Of a DNA stretch of 64,000 nt, positions 48,407 to 58,449 are shown in pieces. The notes beneath the pieces were generated by a model. That model was not told where the DNA came from and made no database searches. It saw only the letters and a program-made list of their open reading frames with translations. Made by a program: the position numbers and the translations under genes. Each line of letters begins with the position of its first letter. Within the stretch, counting starts at the first letter, position 1. The DNA lies in NCBI GenBank assembly GCA_963663125.2, contig CAXXNW010000001.1, positions 253,497 to 317,496 of the forward strand. The letters are read 5' to 3'. The DNA is from Bacteroidales bacterium. Lineage in GTDB: Bacteria > Bacteroidota > Bacteroidia > Bacteroidales > Cfx3-03.

Positions 48407-48880
48407 ATGAAAATCAGTCTGATAGTAGTCGGTAAAACCGAAGAAGATTATCTTCAACGGGGGATAAATATATATGAGCAACGGATTTTACACTATATAA
48501 ATTTCTCTTTAAAGGTTATTCCGGCCTTAAAGAACACCAAAAGTTTATCCCCGTTACAACAAAAGGAAAAAGAGGCGGACCTGATTCTTCAGGCTACTGA
48601 GGGATGTGAACAAATTGTGTTGCTCGATGAAAAAGGAAAGGTCTATCGTTCTACTGAATTTGCGGCAAACATTCAACAGTATATGAATAGTGGAATAAAA
48701 CATCTCGCATTTGTCGTTGGTGGTCCATTTGGCTTTTCCGAAAGAGTATATGCAAAAGCGACGGCTAAGCTTTCTCTTTCGGCTATGACTTTTTCACACC
48801 AGATGATACGGCTCCTCTTTACAGAACAATTGTATCGGGCCTTCACCATCTTAAAAAATGAGCCTTATCACAACGAATAA
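48407..48880 (+). CDS. rlmH: 23S rRNA (pseudouridine1915-N3)-methyltransferase
   Basis: 157 aa, SPOUT/RlmH family. Confidence 0.9.
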   Translation: MKISLIVVGKTEEDYLQRGINIYEQRILHYINFSLKVIPALKNTKSLSPLQQKEKEADLILQATEGCEQIVLLDEKGKVYRSTEFAANIQQYMNSGIKHLAFVVGGPFGFSERVYAKATAKLSLSAMTFSHQMIRLLFTEQLYRAFTILKNEPYHNE

Positions 48881-48923
48881 TTACCACATCACCCCAATGA
48901 CAAATTAGCACATTTTTATCTAA

Positions 48924-49814
48924 CTAAAACTCATCTCGATCTCTGTCTCTATCTCTCGCTGTGTTTGACTTCTGAGCAGGTTTTGGGACAACAGAAGTAG
49001 CTTTTCGCGTGGTATCAAAAGTATTCAGATACGTGCCCCAATCAAATCCGGGATCGCTTTTATAATAGAGATCGATGCTCTGCCCTACATTCAACAATAA
49101 CCCTGATGAGTAATTAGGACTCTGTTTGTAAACCCGGGCATTGATCGTATCTTTTTTATCGGTATAAATTTCGGCACCAACATATAATGAATCGGCAGCA
49201 AGTTCCCGTAATGCTTCGGAGCGACTCATACCGATCAAAAACGGCATTTTAATTCTATTTCCGCCTATCCCCATACCGAGGACAAGATCAATAACGGCTC
49301 CCTTTTCCAACATGGTTCCCGGCCTGACTTCCCTGCCATTGTAGAGCTGTCGTAAAACGGCATTCGTCCCGATATCCGGAACATACTCCATCTTTCCAAC
49401 TATAAGTCCGAAAGTCTGTAGTGTAGCGATAGCCTGGCGCAGCGTCAAATCCTTCAAATCCGGCATTGAAACCTTTTCAGGCATACTGGCAATAACCGTT
49501 AAGTAAATCTTCCGATGCGCTTTTACCTGTGACTTTGGCAAAGGATCTTGTGTAACAATGGTTCCTTTTTCCTTTTGAGGATCGTAAACAGAATCTACAA
49601 CAACAAAGTCAAAGTCGGCAAAAGCAGGCGAGTTTTGTATCTCATTAAGGGTAAATCCGGTACAGTCGGGAACTGTTACTTCACGACCATGAAAAGTATA
49701 TGCTGCCAGTATTTTAAAAATTGCAAATAAAATAATGACAGTAAGGAGGACAGATATTAAGAAATGCCTCAAGAAGAGACGTGATTTTAAAAATTCTCCA
49801 AAACCCATGGCCAT
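48924..49814 (-). CDS. membrane-anchored PASTA-domain protein
   Basis: N-terminal TM segment and repeated PASTA-like modules. The C-terminus has an (RD)4 tail. Confidence 0.7.
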   Translation of the reverse strand: MAMGFGEFLKSRLFLRHFLISVLLTVIILFAIFKILAAYTFHGREVTVPDCTGFTLNEIQNSPAFADFDFVVVDSVYDPQKEKGTIVTQDPLPKSQVKAHRKIYLTVIASMPEKVSMPDLKDLTLRQAIATLQTFGLIVGKMEYVPDIGTNAVLRQLYNGREVRPGTMLEKGAVIDLVLGMGIGGNRIKMPFLIGMSRSEALRELAADSLYVGAEIYTDKKDTINARVYKQSPNYSSGLLLNVGQSIDLYYKSDPGFDWGTYLNTFDTTRKATSVVPKPAQKSNTARDRDRDRDEF

Positions 49815-50021
49815 AAATATTTATAACGAAATCAGTAACCCAATTGTAAAAAAACAGATCATAAGATTATGATACATAATCCGAATTCTCTATCCGTTGC
49901 AAATATATGAATTATCTGCAATGACCCCATAAGATGATTTTGGTCTATTTTCATAAACAATGACATCAATTCATTCATTTAAAGTATTTTTGCAAAAGAA
50001 TTATTGCTAAAGCTTTTTTAT

Positions 50022-51002
50022 ATGCAAAAGACGATTGCCCTTGTGATGGGCGGAGACTCAGGCGAATATGAAGTCTCCATTCAGAGTGCGGCCATGATCC
50101 GCAAAAACATAGATCCTGATCAATATGTGGTTTACCCCATTCTGATCAGAGGGCGAAACTGGACCTATACTACCGATCAAGGACTTGTATTCCACATTAA
50201 TAAGAATGATTTCTCACTTCAGATTCCAGAGAGAAAAGTTGTTTTTGATGCCGTGTTTATTGCTATACATGGCACGCCCGGCGAAGATGGTAAGCTCCAG
50301 GGCTATTTTGATCTGATGCGAATTCCTTATACTTCGTGCGATCTAACGGTATCGGCTATCACCTTCAACAAATACTTTTGCAACGATCTGGCCATACAAT
50401 ACGGTATGAATGTACCGGCTACCGTTCTTTTAAGAAGTTACGATAAGATAAATACCGAAGCGATTCTGGCTCAAACAGGACTGCCCTGTTTTGTGAAGCC
50501 AAATAAAGCAGGCTCTTCATGTGGCGTTTCTAAAGTAAAGAGTGCTTCTGAGCTAGAAAAAGCTATTAATCATGCATTTAATGAAGATGATGAGGTACTG
50601 ATTCAACAATTTATAGAAGGACGCGAGCTGGCCTGTGGCGTTTTCAGATACCATGGCGAGGTTATTGTATTACCTATTACAGAAATTGTCAGTAAAAAAG
50701 AGTTCTTCGATTACGAGGCAAAATACACCTCCGGATTGGCTGACGAGATCACTCCTGCCCCACTGACAACGGATCAGACCAAAGAATGTCAGCAACTAAC
50801 CGAGTTACTCTACAACAAATTTAACTGTAAAGGTGTTGTACGTTTCGATTATTTCTTTAGTCAGGATAAATTCTGGTTCCTTGAAGTAAATACGGTTCCC
50901 GGTCTTTCCGAAGCCAGTCTGGTACCGAAACAAGCTGCAGCAAAAGGAATCCCCATCGACAAACTTTTCAGCATGCTGCTTGAAGAAACGCTTAAGAAAT
51001 AA
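50022..51002 (+). CDS. ddl: D-alanine--D-alanine ligase
   Basis: ATP-grasp fold. I place the start at MQKTIALVMGG. Confidence 0.9.
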   Translation: MQKTIALVMGGDSGEYEVSIQSAAMIRKNIDPDQYVVYPILIRGRNWTYTTDQGLVFHINKNDFSLQIPERKVVFDAVFIAIHGTPGEDGKLQGYFDLMRIPYTSCDLTVSAITFNKYFCNDLAIQYGMNVPATVLLRSYDKINTEAILAQTGLPCFVKPNKAGSSCGVSKVKSASELEKAINHAFNEDDEVLIQQFIEGRELACGVFRYHGEVIVLPITEIVSKKEFFDYEAKYTSGLADEITPAPLTTDQTKECQQLTELLYNKFNCKGVVRFDYFFSQDKFWFLEVNTVPGLSEASLVPKQAAAKGIPIDKLFSMLLEETLKK

Positions 51003-51106
51003 TATAATTAGATTCTGTTAAAAAAATCGAGAGTGTGGTTTCTTTATTATTCCATCATTATTTTAAAACAGAACCCATAATCTAAACATTTACCGAAAAC
51101 AACTTT

Positions 51107-52186
51107 ATGACCCAATTTAATGAATCTGATGAACTGGAAGATTTTGATCCTGAGATAGGAGACGCTTCTGATAATACTGAAGAAGGCGAACTATTCGAGC
51201 ATTTCAAACTTACCGTAGATAAGGGGCAAGGACTTCTCCGCATCGATAAGTTTTTAATGGCCCGAATTGAAAACGCTTCCAGAAATAAGATTCAAAATGC
51301 AGCCAAAGCCGGAAATATTCTGGTGAATGAAAAAGCGGTAAAGTCGAATTATAAAGTCAAACCTCTCGATCTGATTTCAATTGTTCTTCCGCATCCTCCC
51401 CGCGATATTGAAATCATTGCACAAGATATTCCATTGGAAATTCCTTATGAAGATGACGACATCATCGTTATCAATAAGAAGGCTGGAATGGTGGTTCACC
51501 CCGGATATGGTAATTATACAGGCACACTGGTCAATGCCCTTGCCTGGCATTTTAGAGATCAACCGGACGTAAAGCCCTATCTGGTCCATCGGATCGACAA
51601 AGATACTTCCGGGATTATACTGGTCGCAAAAACAGAATTGGCTCAGACACGTCTGGCACGCGAATTCTTCAACCATACAATCGACAGGAAATATATGGCA
51701 TTGGTATGGGGTGATTTTGAGCTGGAAGAGGGAACTATCGTCGGTAATATCGGTCGTAGCGCCAAAGATCGTCGCCAAATGATGGTTTATGTTGACGGAA
51801 GCGTTGGCAAACATGCCATTACTCATTACAAAGTCTTGAAAAGATTTGGCTACGTTACGCTGGTGGAATGTGTGCTTGAAACCGGAAGGACTCATCAAAT
51901 CAGAGCCCACATGCGCTTTCTGGGACATCCCCTGTTTAATGACGAACGCTATGGAGGCGACCAGATTCTCAGAGGCACCACCTTTACCAAATACAAGCAA
52001 TATATCAAAAACTGCTTTGACATCATGCCCCGGCAGGCGCTTCATGCTAAATCTTTAGGATTTAAACACCCCATCACAGGAGAATACATGTTTTTCGATT
52101 CGGAACTGGCTCCTGATATGCAGCAGGTAATCGACAAATGGGAACGGTATATTGCAAACAGAGAGATTGATCCCGACGAGTTATAA
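51107..52186 (+). CDS. rluD: RluA/RluD-family 23S rRNA pseudouridine synthase
   Basis: S4 domain plus the catalytic 'HRIDKDTSG' motif. Confidence 0.88.
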   Translation: MTQFNESDELEDFDPEIGDASDNTEEGELFEHFKLTVDKGQGLLRIDKFLMARIENASRNKIQNAAKAGNILVNEKAVKSNYKVKPLDLISIVLPHPPRDIEIIAQDIPLEIPYEDDDIIVINKKAGMVVHPGYGNYTGTLVNALAWHFRDQPDVKPYLVHRIDKDTSGIILVAKTELAQTRLAREFFNHTIDRKYMALVWGDFELEEGTIVGNIGRSAKDRRQMMVYVDGSVGKHAITHYKVLKRFGYVTLVECVLETGRTHQIRAHMRFLGHPLFNDERYGGDQILRGTTFTKYKQYIKNCFDIMPRQALHAKSLGFKHPITGEYMFFDSELAPDMQQVIDKWERYIANREIDPDEL

Positions 52187-52231
52187 ACGCACCAAGATTC
52201 AATCTAACAAAACAGCAAAAGGAATTTATTA

Positions 52232-52279
52232 GCCGCGAAGATTATTCTTAACAAGGTGATCTTCGCGGCATTCTTGTTT
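52232..52279 (+). terminator. intrinsic terminator after rluD
   Basis: gccgcgaagat (52232-42) pairs with atcttcgcggc (52259-69), followed by attcttgttt. Confidence 0.6.
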
Positions 52280-52427
52280 ACGGAGAATCCTATTTCGGAA
52301 GGAATAAACAGACTCAAATAAAGAATATATTCTTCAATTGCTAATTTATTGTTAATACTTTCACAATGCTAGGCTATGATAAAAATAACGCTAAACTTTG
52401 TTATCGAAACCACCCATCCTAAAAGCC

Positions 52428-54350
52428 ATGCACAAAAAAATAAATTTATACCGGCTCCCTTTTCAGATCGTCATACTTGCTATTGCACTGTTTGCATTAT
52501 TCATGCCGTTCTTCATCAGCACATTCAATCCCGACATTGAAGCTTTTTGTCCATTTGGAGGGATCCAGGCATCATTAGGGTATATTGTATCCGATTCTCT
52601 GGCTTGCTCCATGACAACCCGTCAAATCTCATTAGGAGGCATGCTAATCCTCGGAGTCATTCTGGCCGGAAAACTTTTTTGCAGCTACATCTGTCCACTC
52701 GGTACCCTTTCCGGATGGATAGGACGGTTCGGAAAGTCAAAAAAGATGAACCGGATTCCTCCTATTTGGTTGGACAGAGGATTACGAGCCATAAAATATA
52801 TTCTCCTTTTTACTACACTTTATTTCACGATCTCTTCCAGTGAGCTTTTCTGTAAAAAGTTTGATCCTTATTTCGCCATGATGAATAGCGGCAGTAACGA
52901 CATCCTATGGATCACAGCCTCGGTTTCTCTTCTGCTGGTCTTTGTCTTTCCGCTATTTATAACCAACTGTTGGTGCAAATATATCTGTCCGCTCGGAGCG
53001 ATATCCAATATTTTTAAGCTTCTCCCTATATGGCTTCCAGCCATCATTCTTATTATCGGACTTAACTATTTTGCTATTTTCTCAACTAACTGGATCATTG
53101 TTCTGGCTATCATTATCTTCTCTGCATTAGTTGTCGAGGTTTGGAAAACCAGATCCTATTCACTCTTCGGCCTTCAAGTAGTGCGAAACGAATCAAAATG
53201 TATCGGCTGTAAAAAATGTGACAGGAACTGTCCAATGAATATTAATGTATCGACAGCAACAACCGTCACGCACATCGACTGTCATCTTTGCGGAGAATGC
53301 ATCACCCATTGTCCTGAAAAAGACGCGCTCACCTTTAATAAAAAAAGAATACGTTGGGTTCCCTCCCTTCTCTTAGTAGTTTTGATTTCGTCCGGATTAC
53401 TCATTTCCGCCTATACCGAGATACCCACAATTAACCAGTATTGGGGGAAACCTGAGCAGATCCAACGCGCCGGATCTTTTATGCAGGAAGGGCTCCTGAA
53501 CATCAACTGCTTTGGCAGCGCCAGTAGTTTTGCAACCCGAATGCAAGAGATAAACGGGGTTGTCGGCGTATCATGCTTTGCCGGAAAACATAATGCCCGA
53601 ATCTATTTTGATCCGGAAATCACTTCAGCGCTCCTGATCAAAAAAGAGATATTTGAACCCTCAACCCGGATTATCTCCTTTCCAAAACAGATCACACAAA
53701 ATGTGGACATCGTCAAGCTGGGTATTGATCATTTCTTCGATCCCGGTGATGCGGACATTTTATCTGAAAGATTTGCAGACCACAAAGGCATCTATGCTTT
53801 TTCAACATCATTTGGCGAACCCGTCATAACAACCATTTATTTTAATCATCATTTAATCGGCATAAACGAATTGGTAACCCTCATCAATAATCGGGATTAC
53901 CGTTTTAAACACAGTGAGGCACAATCACAACAAACCAATTTCAAAACAGCAACAAGCAATCAAAAGGATGAAATTAGTGCCACACAAATGATTGATTTAT
54001 TATACCCTGCGCTTGATATTGCCTTAAACGATAAAGAGACCTATAAAAAGGAAAATATAAAAGACCTCACCTTAGACTTTCGACAATCAATTGCAGGCGA
54101 TAATTTTAATTGGATTCCCCACTTGATGAGTCACATCTCAGGAAATAAAGGAGTGGTTAATTTTAAAGCGGCTTGTCAGGATGGCAAACCACTTCTCACG
54201 ATCGGATATGTTCTCTCAAAAACAGATGGTGCTAAAATATTAAAGATGCTCAACCAACCCGATCTAAGTGTTTTTATGGATGATGGAGAAAATATGACCT
54301 ATAAAAATCCATTTCTATTTAAGCCGGATAACATTAAGAAACCTAATTAA
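52428..54350 (+). CDS. membrane-bound 4Fe-4S (NapH/polyferredoxin-like) protein with long C-terminal extension
   Basis: Multiple TM helices with CxxC-type motifs. It has two ferredoxin motifs, 'CIGCKKCDRNCP' and 'CHLCGECITHCP', and a ~300-aa C-terminal region of unknown function. Confidence 0.7.
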   Translation: MHKKINLYRLPFQIVILAIALFALFMPFFISTFNPDIEAFCPFGGIQASLGYIVSDSLACSMTTRQISLGGMLILGVILAGKLFCSYICPLGTLSGWIGRFGKSKKMNRIPPIWLDRGLRAIKYILLFTTLYFTISSSELFCKKFDPYFAMMNSGSNDILWITASVSLLLVFVFPLFITNCWCKYICPLGAISNIFKLLPIWLPAIILIIGLNYFAIFSTNWIIVLAIIIFSALVVEVWKTRSYSLFGLQVVRNESKCIGCKKCDRNCPMNINVSTATTVTHIDCHLCGECITHCPEKDALTFNKKRIRWVPSLLLVVLISSGLLISAYTEIPTINQYWGKPEQIQRAGSFMQEGLLNINCFGSASSFATRMQEINGVVGVSCFAGKHNARIYFDPEITSALLIKKEIFEPSTRIISFPKQITQNVDIVKLGIDHFFDPGDADILSERFADHKGIYAFSTSFGEPVITTIYFNHHLIGINELVTLINNRDYRFKHSEAQSQQTNFKTATSNQKDEISATQMIDLLYPALDIALNDKETYKKENIKDLTLDFRQSIAGDNFNWIPHLMSHISGNKGVVNFKAACQDGKPLLTIGYVLSKTDGAKILKMLNQPDLSVFMDDGENMTYKNPFLFKPDNIKKPN

Positions 54351-54540
54351 ATCTAGCTTAATTAATGATGCTTTGTAAAATCTGTAAATAACATATATAA
54401 TTTCGATTTATCTATTAGGTTCTGTTGATGTATCGAAATATATAATGACAAGATCAGTTTTCAACAATCACCTGTTAGTATCTTTATAAGATTTACTGCT
54501 ATCTTATTAAATAATTTCATTTCTTTGCTTCATCAAATTT

Positions 54541-54716
54541 ACAGGTTCCTGTTTCGATTCTATCGAAACTGAGGATTAAAAGGGAACCCGGTGAAAATCC
54601 GGGGCTATCCCCGTAGCTGTAAGTCCAATAAAGTGTTTTGACCCACTTTCGCCACTGTTTGCCTATCGGCAAATGGGAAGGCAGTCAAAACAGGACGAGC
54701 CAGAAGACCTGCCTGC
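54541..54716 (+). promoter_or_regulatory. cobalamin riboswitch upstream of nrdD
   Basis: Conserved core 'aaaagggaacccggtgaaaatccgggg', B12 box 'gccactg' (54651-57), 'gggaaggc', and 3' 'gccagaagacctgcc'. The closing helix is caggt/acctg. Confidence 0.85.
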
Positions 54717-54848
54717 AAATGTAATTCGTAGCTTTCGGGTGAAAGGCGAAGAGTAAAGATTTCTGTAAAGAGACTTCTTTATTTTTCATTTATTTTCATT
54801 CTTGGCTATCATTATTCCTGTTTATTATTTTATTAAATATCAAAAACC

Positions 54849-57050
54849 ATGGAAACTAATGAAGCATTAAAGAACATTTCTATTTACAAACGCAATGGTC
54901 TGGTAGTACCATTCGATGCTGAGAAAATTGCATTCGCTATTTTTAAGGCTTTACGTGCGGCGGGTAAGCCAGACCGTCAATTAGCTCAAGATCTCATGTT
55001 AGATGTACTAAAACAGTTAGGGATATTTGAGAAAACTGACTTCACGCCCTCCGTTGAAGAGGTGCAAGATTTAGTCGAGAAAGTATTATTTGATAACAAA
55101 CTGTTTGATGTAGCCAAAACCTATATTTTGTATCGTAAACAGCATGAGAATATCCGTAACACAAAAGAGCTCTTCTCAAACTTGGATATGGTGGAAAAGT
55201 ATCTTAATCTCGATGACTGGCGCATCAAGGAAAGTGCGAATTCATCGTATTCCCTGCAGGGACTTAACCAACACATTGCAACTATTATAAGTTCACAATA
55301 CTGGCTTGAACGTATTTATTCCGATGAGATTAAACAAACTTTCCAATCAGGTCGTTTCCATATTCACGACCTTGGCTTCTTAAGTGTGTATTGTGTGGGC
55401 TGGGATCTGGAAGATCTCCTAATCTCTGGATTCACAGGTGTGACTGGGAAGATTGAATGTCGACCGGCCAAGCACCTGCGTACTATTCTGGGACAAATCG
55501 TGAATTTCTTTTATACCATGCAGGGAGAAGCTGCGGGGGCACAAGCCTTTTCAAACTTCGACACCTATCTTGCACCATTCATTCGATTCGACAAACTTGA
55601 TTATGCACAGGTAAAGCAAGCCTTGCAAGAGTTTATGTTCAATATAAATGTCCCTACCCGTGTAGGATTTCAAACTCCATTTACCAATATCACGCTTGAT
55701 TTAAAAATACCTGATTTTCTAAAAAGCCAACCGGTCATAATCGGCGGTAAAGCACAAGAATTAACTTACGGTGATTTTCAGTCGGAAGTAGATGTTTTCA
55801 ATATTGCTTTTGCGGAAGTGATGGCCGATGGAGACGCCAATGGATGTGTATTTTCCTTTCCTATTCCGACCTACAATATTACCCGTGACTTTGACTGGGA
55901 AAACCCGGTTTACACAAAGATATGGGAAATCACAGCAAAATACGGCATCCCGTATTTTTCCAACTTTGTAAACTCGGATATGAGTCCTGACGATGTGCGA
56001 AGCATGTGTTGTCGTTTACGCTTGGACAAGCGCGAACTACAAAAACGTGGCGGAGGACTTTTTGGTGCCAACCCGCTTACAGGAAGCGTAGGTGTGGTTA
56101 CAATAAACCTCCCCAGATTAGGTTACGAATCAAAATCGGAAACTGAATTTTTTCAACGTATGGATAAGTTGATGGAGTTAGCTAAAGAAAGTCTGGAAAC
56201 TAAACGTAAAGTAATAGAGAATCTTACGGACAAAGGATTGTATCCTTATTCAAAATTTTACTTGCGCCATGTTAAGGCGCGATTAGGAAAATACTGGAAA
56301 AATCATTTTTCGACCATCGGGATTATCGGCATGAACGAATGTTGCTTGAATTTCCTTGGCTGTAATATTGCAGAGGAGAAAGGACACGCCTTTACTTTAA
56401 GAGTGATGGACTTTATGCGTTCCAAGCTTAAAATATTTCAGGAAGAAACCGGGAACATATATAACCTAGAAGCCACACCCGCCGAAGGAACCTCATATCG
56501 ACTCGCACGTATTGATAAAGCAGAATACCCTGATATAATTACCGCTAATGAAGCACACGTGCGCAAAGGTGCAAAACCATATTATACAAATTCAACTCAA
56601 CTCCCTGTGAATTATACCGATGACCTATTTGAAGCTTTACATTTACAGGACGATTTACAAACCAAATATACCGGAGGAACTGTTTTTCATACATTTCTCG
56701 GAGAAAGTCAATTACCTGTCGAATCGGTAAAAGCACTGATTAAAAAAATAACCGCCAACTTCCATCTACCGTACATTACTCTTTCTCCAACCTTTAGCAT
56801 TTGTCCTGAACATGGATACTTGTTCGGTGAACATAAACAGTGTCCAAAATGTGCCGAGGTTGGTTCTCATACAAATTGCGAAGTTTTCTCACGTATTGTT
56901 GGTTATTTGCGTCCTGTGCAACAATGGAACGATGGGAAACAGGAAGAATTTGCAGATCGTAAATTATACGATAATAATGGATTGTATAAAAGTAATACTA
57001 CTCCAGCCGCAGTTAAGAAAACCGGATATGAAAAGATTAAACAAGAATAA
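54849..57050 (+). CDS. nrdD: anaerobic ribonucleoside-triphosphate reductase (class III)
   Basis: N-terminal ATP-cone, 'CCRLRLD', a C-terminal Zn ribbon 'CPEHG...CPKC' and a glycyl-radical motif 'SRIVGYLRP'. Confidence 0.92.
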   Translation: METNEALKNISIYKRNGLVVPFDAEKIAFAIFKALRAAGKPDRQLAQDLMLDVLKQLGIFEKTDFTPSVEEVQDLVEKVLFDNKLFDVAKTYILYRKQHENIRNTKELFSNLDMVEKYLNLDDWRIKESANSSYSLQGLNQHIATIISSQYWLERIYSDEIKQTFQSGRFHIHDLGFLSVYCVGWDLEDLLISGFTGVTGKIECRPAKHLRTILGQIVNFFYTMQGEAAGAQAFSNFDTYLAPFIRFDKLDYAQVKQALQEFMFNINVPTRVGFQTPFTNITLDLKIPDFLKSQPVIIGGKAQELTYGDFQSEVDVFNIAFAEVMADGDANGCVFSFPIPTYNITRDFDWENPVYTKIWEITAKYGIPYFSNFVNSDMSPDDVRSMCCRLRLDKRELQKRGGGLFGANPLTGSVGVVTINLPRLGYESKSETEFFQRMDKLMELAKESLETKRKVIENLTDKGLYPYSKFYLRHVKARLGKYWKNHFSTIGIIGMNECCLNFLGCNIAEEKGHAFTLRVMDFMRSKLKIFQEETGNIYNLEATPAEGTSYRLARIDKAEYPDIITANEAHVRKGAKPYYTNSTQLPVNYTDDLFEALHLQDDLQTKYTGGTVFHTFLGESQLPVESVKALIKKITANFHLPYITLSPTFSICPEHGYLFGEHKQCPKCAEVGSHTNCEVFSRIVGYLRPVQQWNDGKQEEFADRKLYDNNGLYKSNTTPAAVKKTGYEKIKQE

Positions 57051-57178
57051 ACAAATTAAAGGCGGACCTCTAATTTGCTGGGATATTTTTTCGACATTCT
57101 ATTTCAACCTGCCTAACAAAATAGAAAATAAAGATATTCGACCAGAAAAAAAGGCAAAACAAAATAAAGTTTAAAATT

Positions 57179-57288
57179 GAGTCCGCTCCGAAAAGTCAAT
57201 TCTCCTTAGTCGTTGCTTTGTAATCAACTGATATACAGTAGATATTTTTAATTAAAATAAGCATGAAAAGGGATCTCGGAGTGGACTC
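57179..57288. repeat. MITE-like element (110 bp) between nrdD and nrdG
   Basis: Imperfect terminal inverted repeats gagtccgctccgaaaag and ctcggagtggactc. It is flanked by a 6-bp direct duplication aaaatt (57173-78 and 57289-94). Confidence 0.65.
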
Positions 57289-57306
57289 AAAATTTATTAT
57301 TAAAAT

Positions 57307-57933
57307 ATGAAAATAGGTGGATTTGTAAAACAAAGCCTTATCGATTATCCGGGTAAAATTGCAGCTATTGTATTTACACAAGGTTGCAATTTCCGCTGTG
57401 GATATTGCCATAACCCTCAGTTGGTCTTGCCTGAATTATTTCATCAAAACCCATTGATTTCTGTCGATGAAGTATTAGCATATTTGCAAGAACGAAAAAA
57501 ATGGCTCGATGGAGTGGTGGTTACTGGTGGCGAGCCAACTATTCATAAGGACTTACCGGCATTTCTAAAAAGAATTAAAGAGATGGGATATCTGGTAAAG
57601 TTGGACACTAATGGATCTGATCCATACATGTTGGAACAGATCATCAAAGAAAAGCTGACCGATTATATTGCCATGGACATAAAAATATTACCTGAAGATA
57701 GTCTGTATGCTAAAATCATAGGTATAACTGATGTTTCCGATCTAACCGAAAGAATCATCGTTTCAATAATTATGTTAAAAAGCACTTCTATTGACGTGGA
57801 ATTCCGAACGACCAACATACCCGGCATCCACAATAAAGTTATGCTTGAGCTCATACAAAAGCTTGTGGGAAATGACAAACGTTACAAGGTAAACGATTTT
57901 CGTGACGGGCAAATCATAAGTTCATACAACTAA
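57307..57933 (+). CDS. nrdG: anaerobic RNR activating protein (radical SAM)
   Basis: 'CNFRCGYCHN' cluster motif. Confidence 0.9.
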   Translation: MKIGGFVKQSLIDYPGKIAAIVFTQGCNFRCGYCHNPQLVLPELFHQNPLISVDEVLAYLQERKKWLDGVVVTGGEPTIHKDLPAFLKRIKEMGYLVKLDTNGSDPYMLEQIIKEKLTDYIAMDIKILPEDSLYAKIIGITDVSDLTERIIVSIIMLKSTSIDVEFRTTNIPGIHNKVMLELIQKLVGNDKRYKVNDFRDGQIISSYN

Positions 57934-58117
57934 CTTTAAAGGATGCAATATATGAATTCAACTTGCAATATGTAGTAACCAGAGATCGCCCATCAAGTCT
58001 CAAATAATTTATTAATCCAGAAGTATTATACTATCACTTAATTATTACTAAAGTGGAAGTAATAATTTTTAATTACTTTTGCACCTTTCAGAGTTCTTTC
58101 TATATTTCTATCAACCT

Positions 58118-58282
58118 TTAAGGTTCCCGGCTTGCCGGGATTAATAGGGAACCGTGTGAGAATCACGGACTGTCGCGCAACTGTAAACACCGAAAAAGGT
58201 TTTTACCACACATATCCACTGTACGTTTTAACGTATGGGAAGGATGGTAAAAACGGTGAAAGTCAGGAGACCTGCCTTATAG
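58118..58282 (+). promoter_or_regulatory. cobalamin riboswitch upstream of metE
   Basis: 'aatagggaaccgtgtgagaatcacgg', 'caactgtaa', B12 box 'ccactg' (58216-21), 'gggaagg' and 'agtcaggagacctgcc'. Confidence 0.85.
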
Positions 58283-58449
58283 GAATTGACAATGCTTTCG
58301 CTGAAAAAGCCGTGTCAGACAGTCATTCTATGCCTTTAACCAAGGGGTCTATTATTCTCTTTCTGTAACATTTTTTCTGTACGCAAGCATTGTGAAGTTT
58401 ATCAGAGAACTTTTAAAATAATAATTTATTCATTTAAAAGTTTAGAATT

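Noticed and set aside
49815-50021. I looked for CRISPR arrays, tRNA and rRNA genes across all intergenic regions, including this one and 5432-5829, 7517-7940 and 45770-46010.
   Set aside because: I saw no regularly spaced 25-40-bp repeats with unique spacers and no cloverleaf-compatible sequence. These regions look like ordinary promoter or terminator spacers.
51377-52045. 222-aa antisense ORF inside rluD, together with many other 60-150-aa antisense or shadow ORFs (for example 1051-1239, 9602-9994, 37470-37769, 38759-39169, 39765-40152, 47193-47787, 59184-59642 and 62656-63705).
   Set aside because: Each is fully embedded opposite or alongside a confidently identified, motif-bearing gene. 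They are typical shadow ORFs with no motifs of their own.
57196-57411. 71-aa minus-strand ORF between nrdD and nrdG.
   Set aside because: It spans the MITE-like element and overlaps the nrdG start. It is low-complexity sequence with no support.
58132-58368. 78-aa ORF on the plus strand upstream of metE.
   Set aside because: It lies entirely within the cobalamin riboswitch and its expression platform. Its composition reflects RNA structure, not coding sequence.
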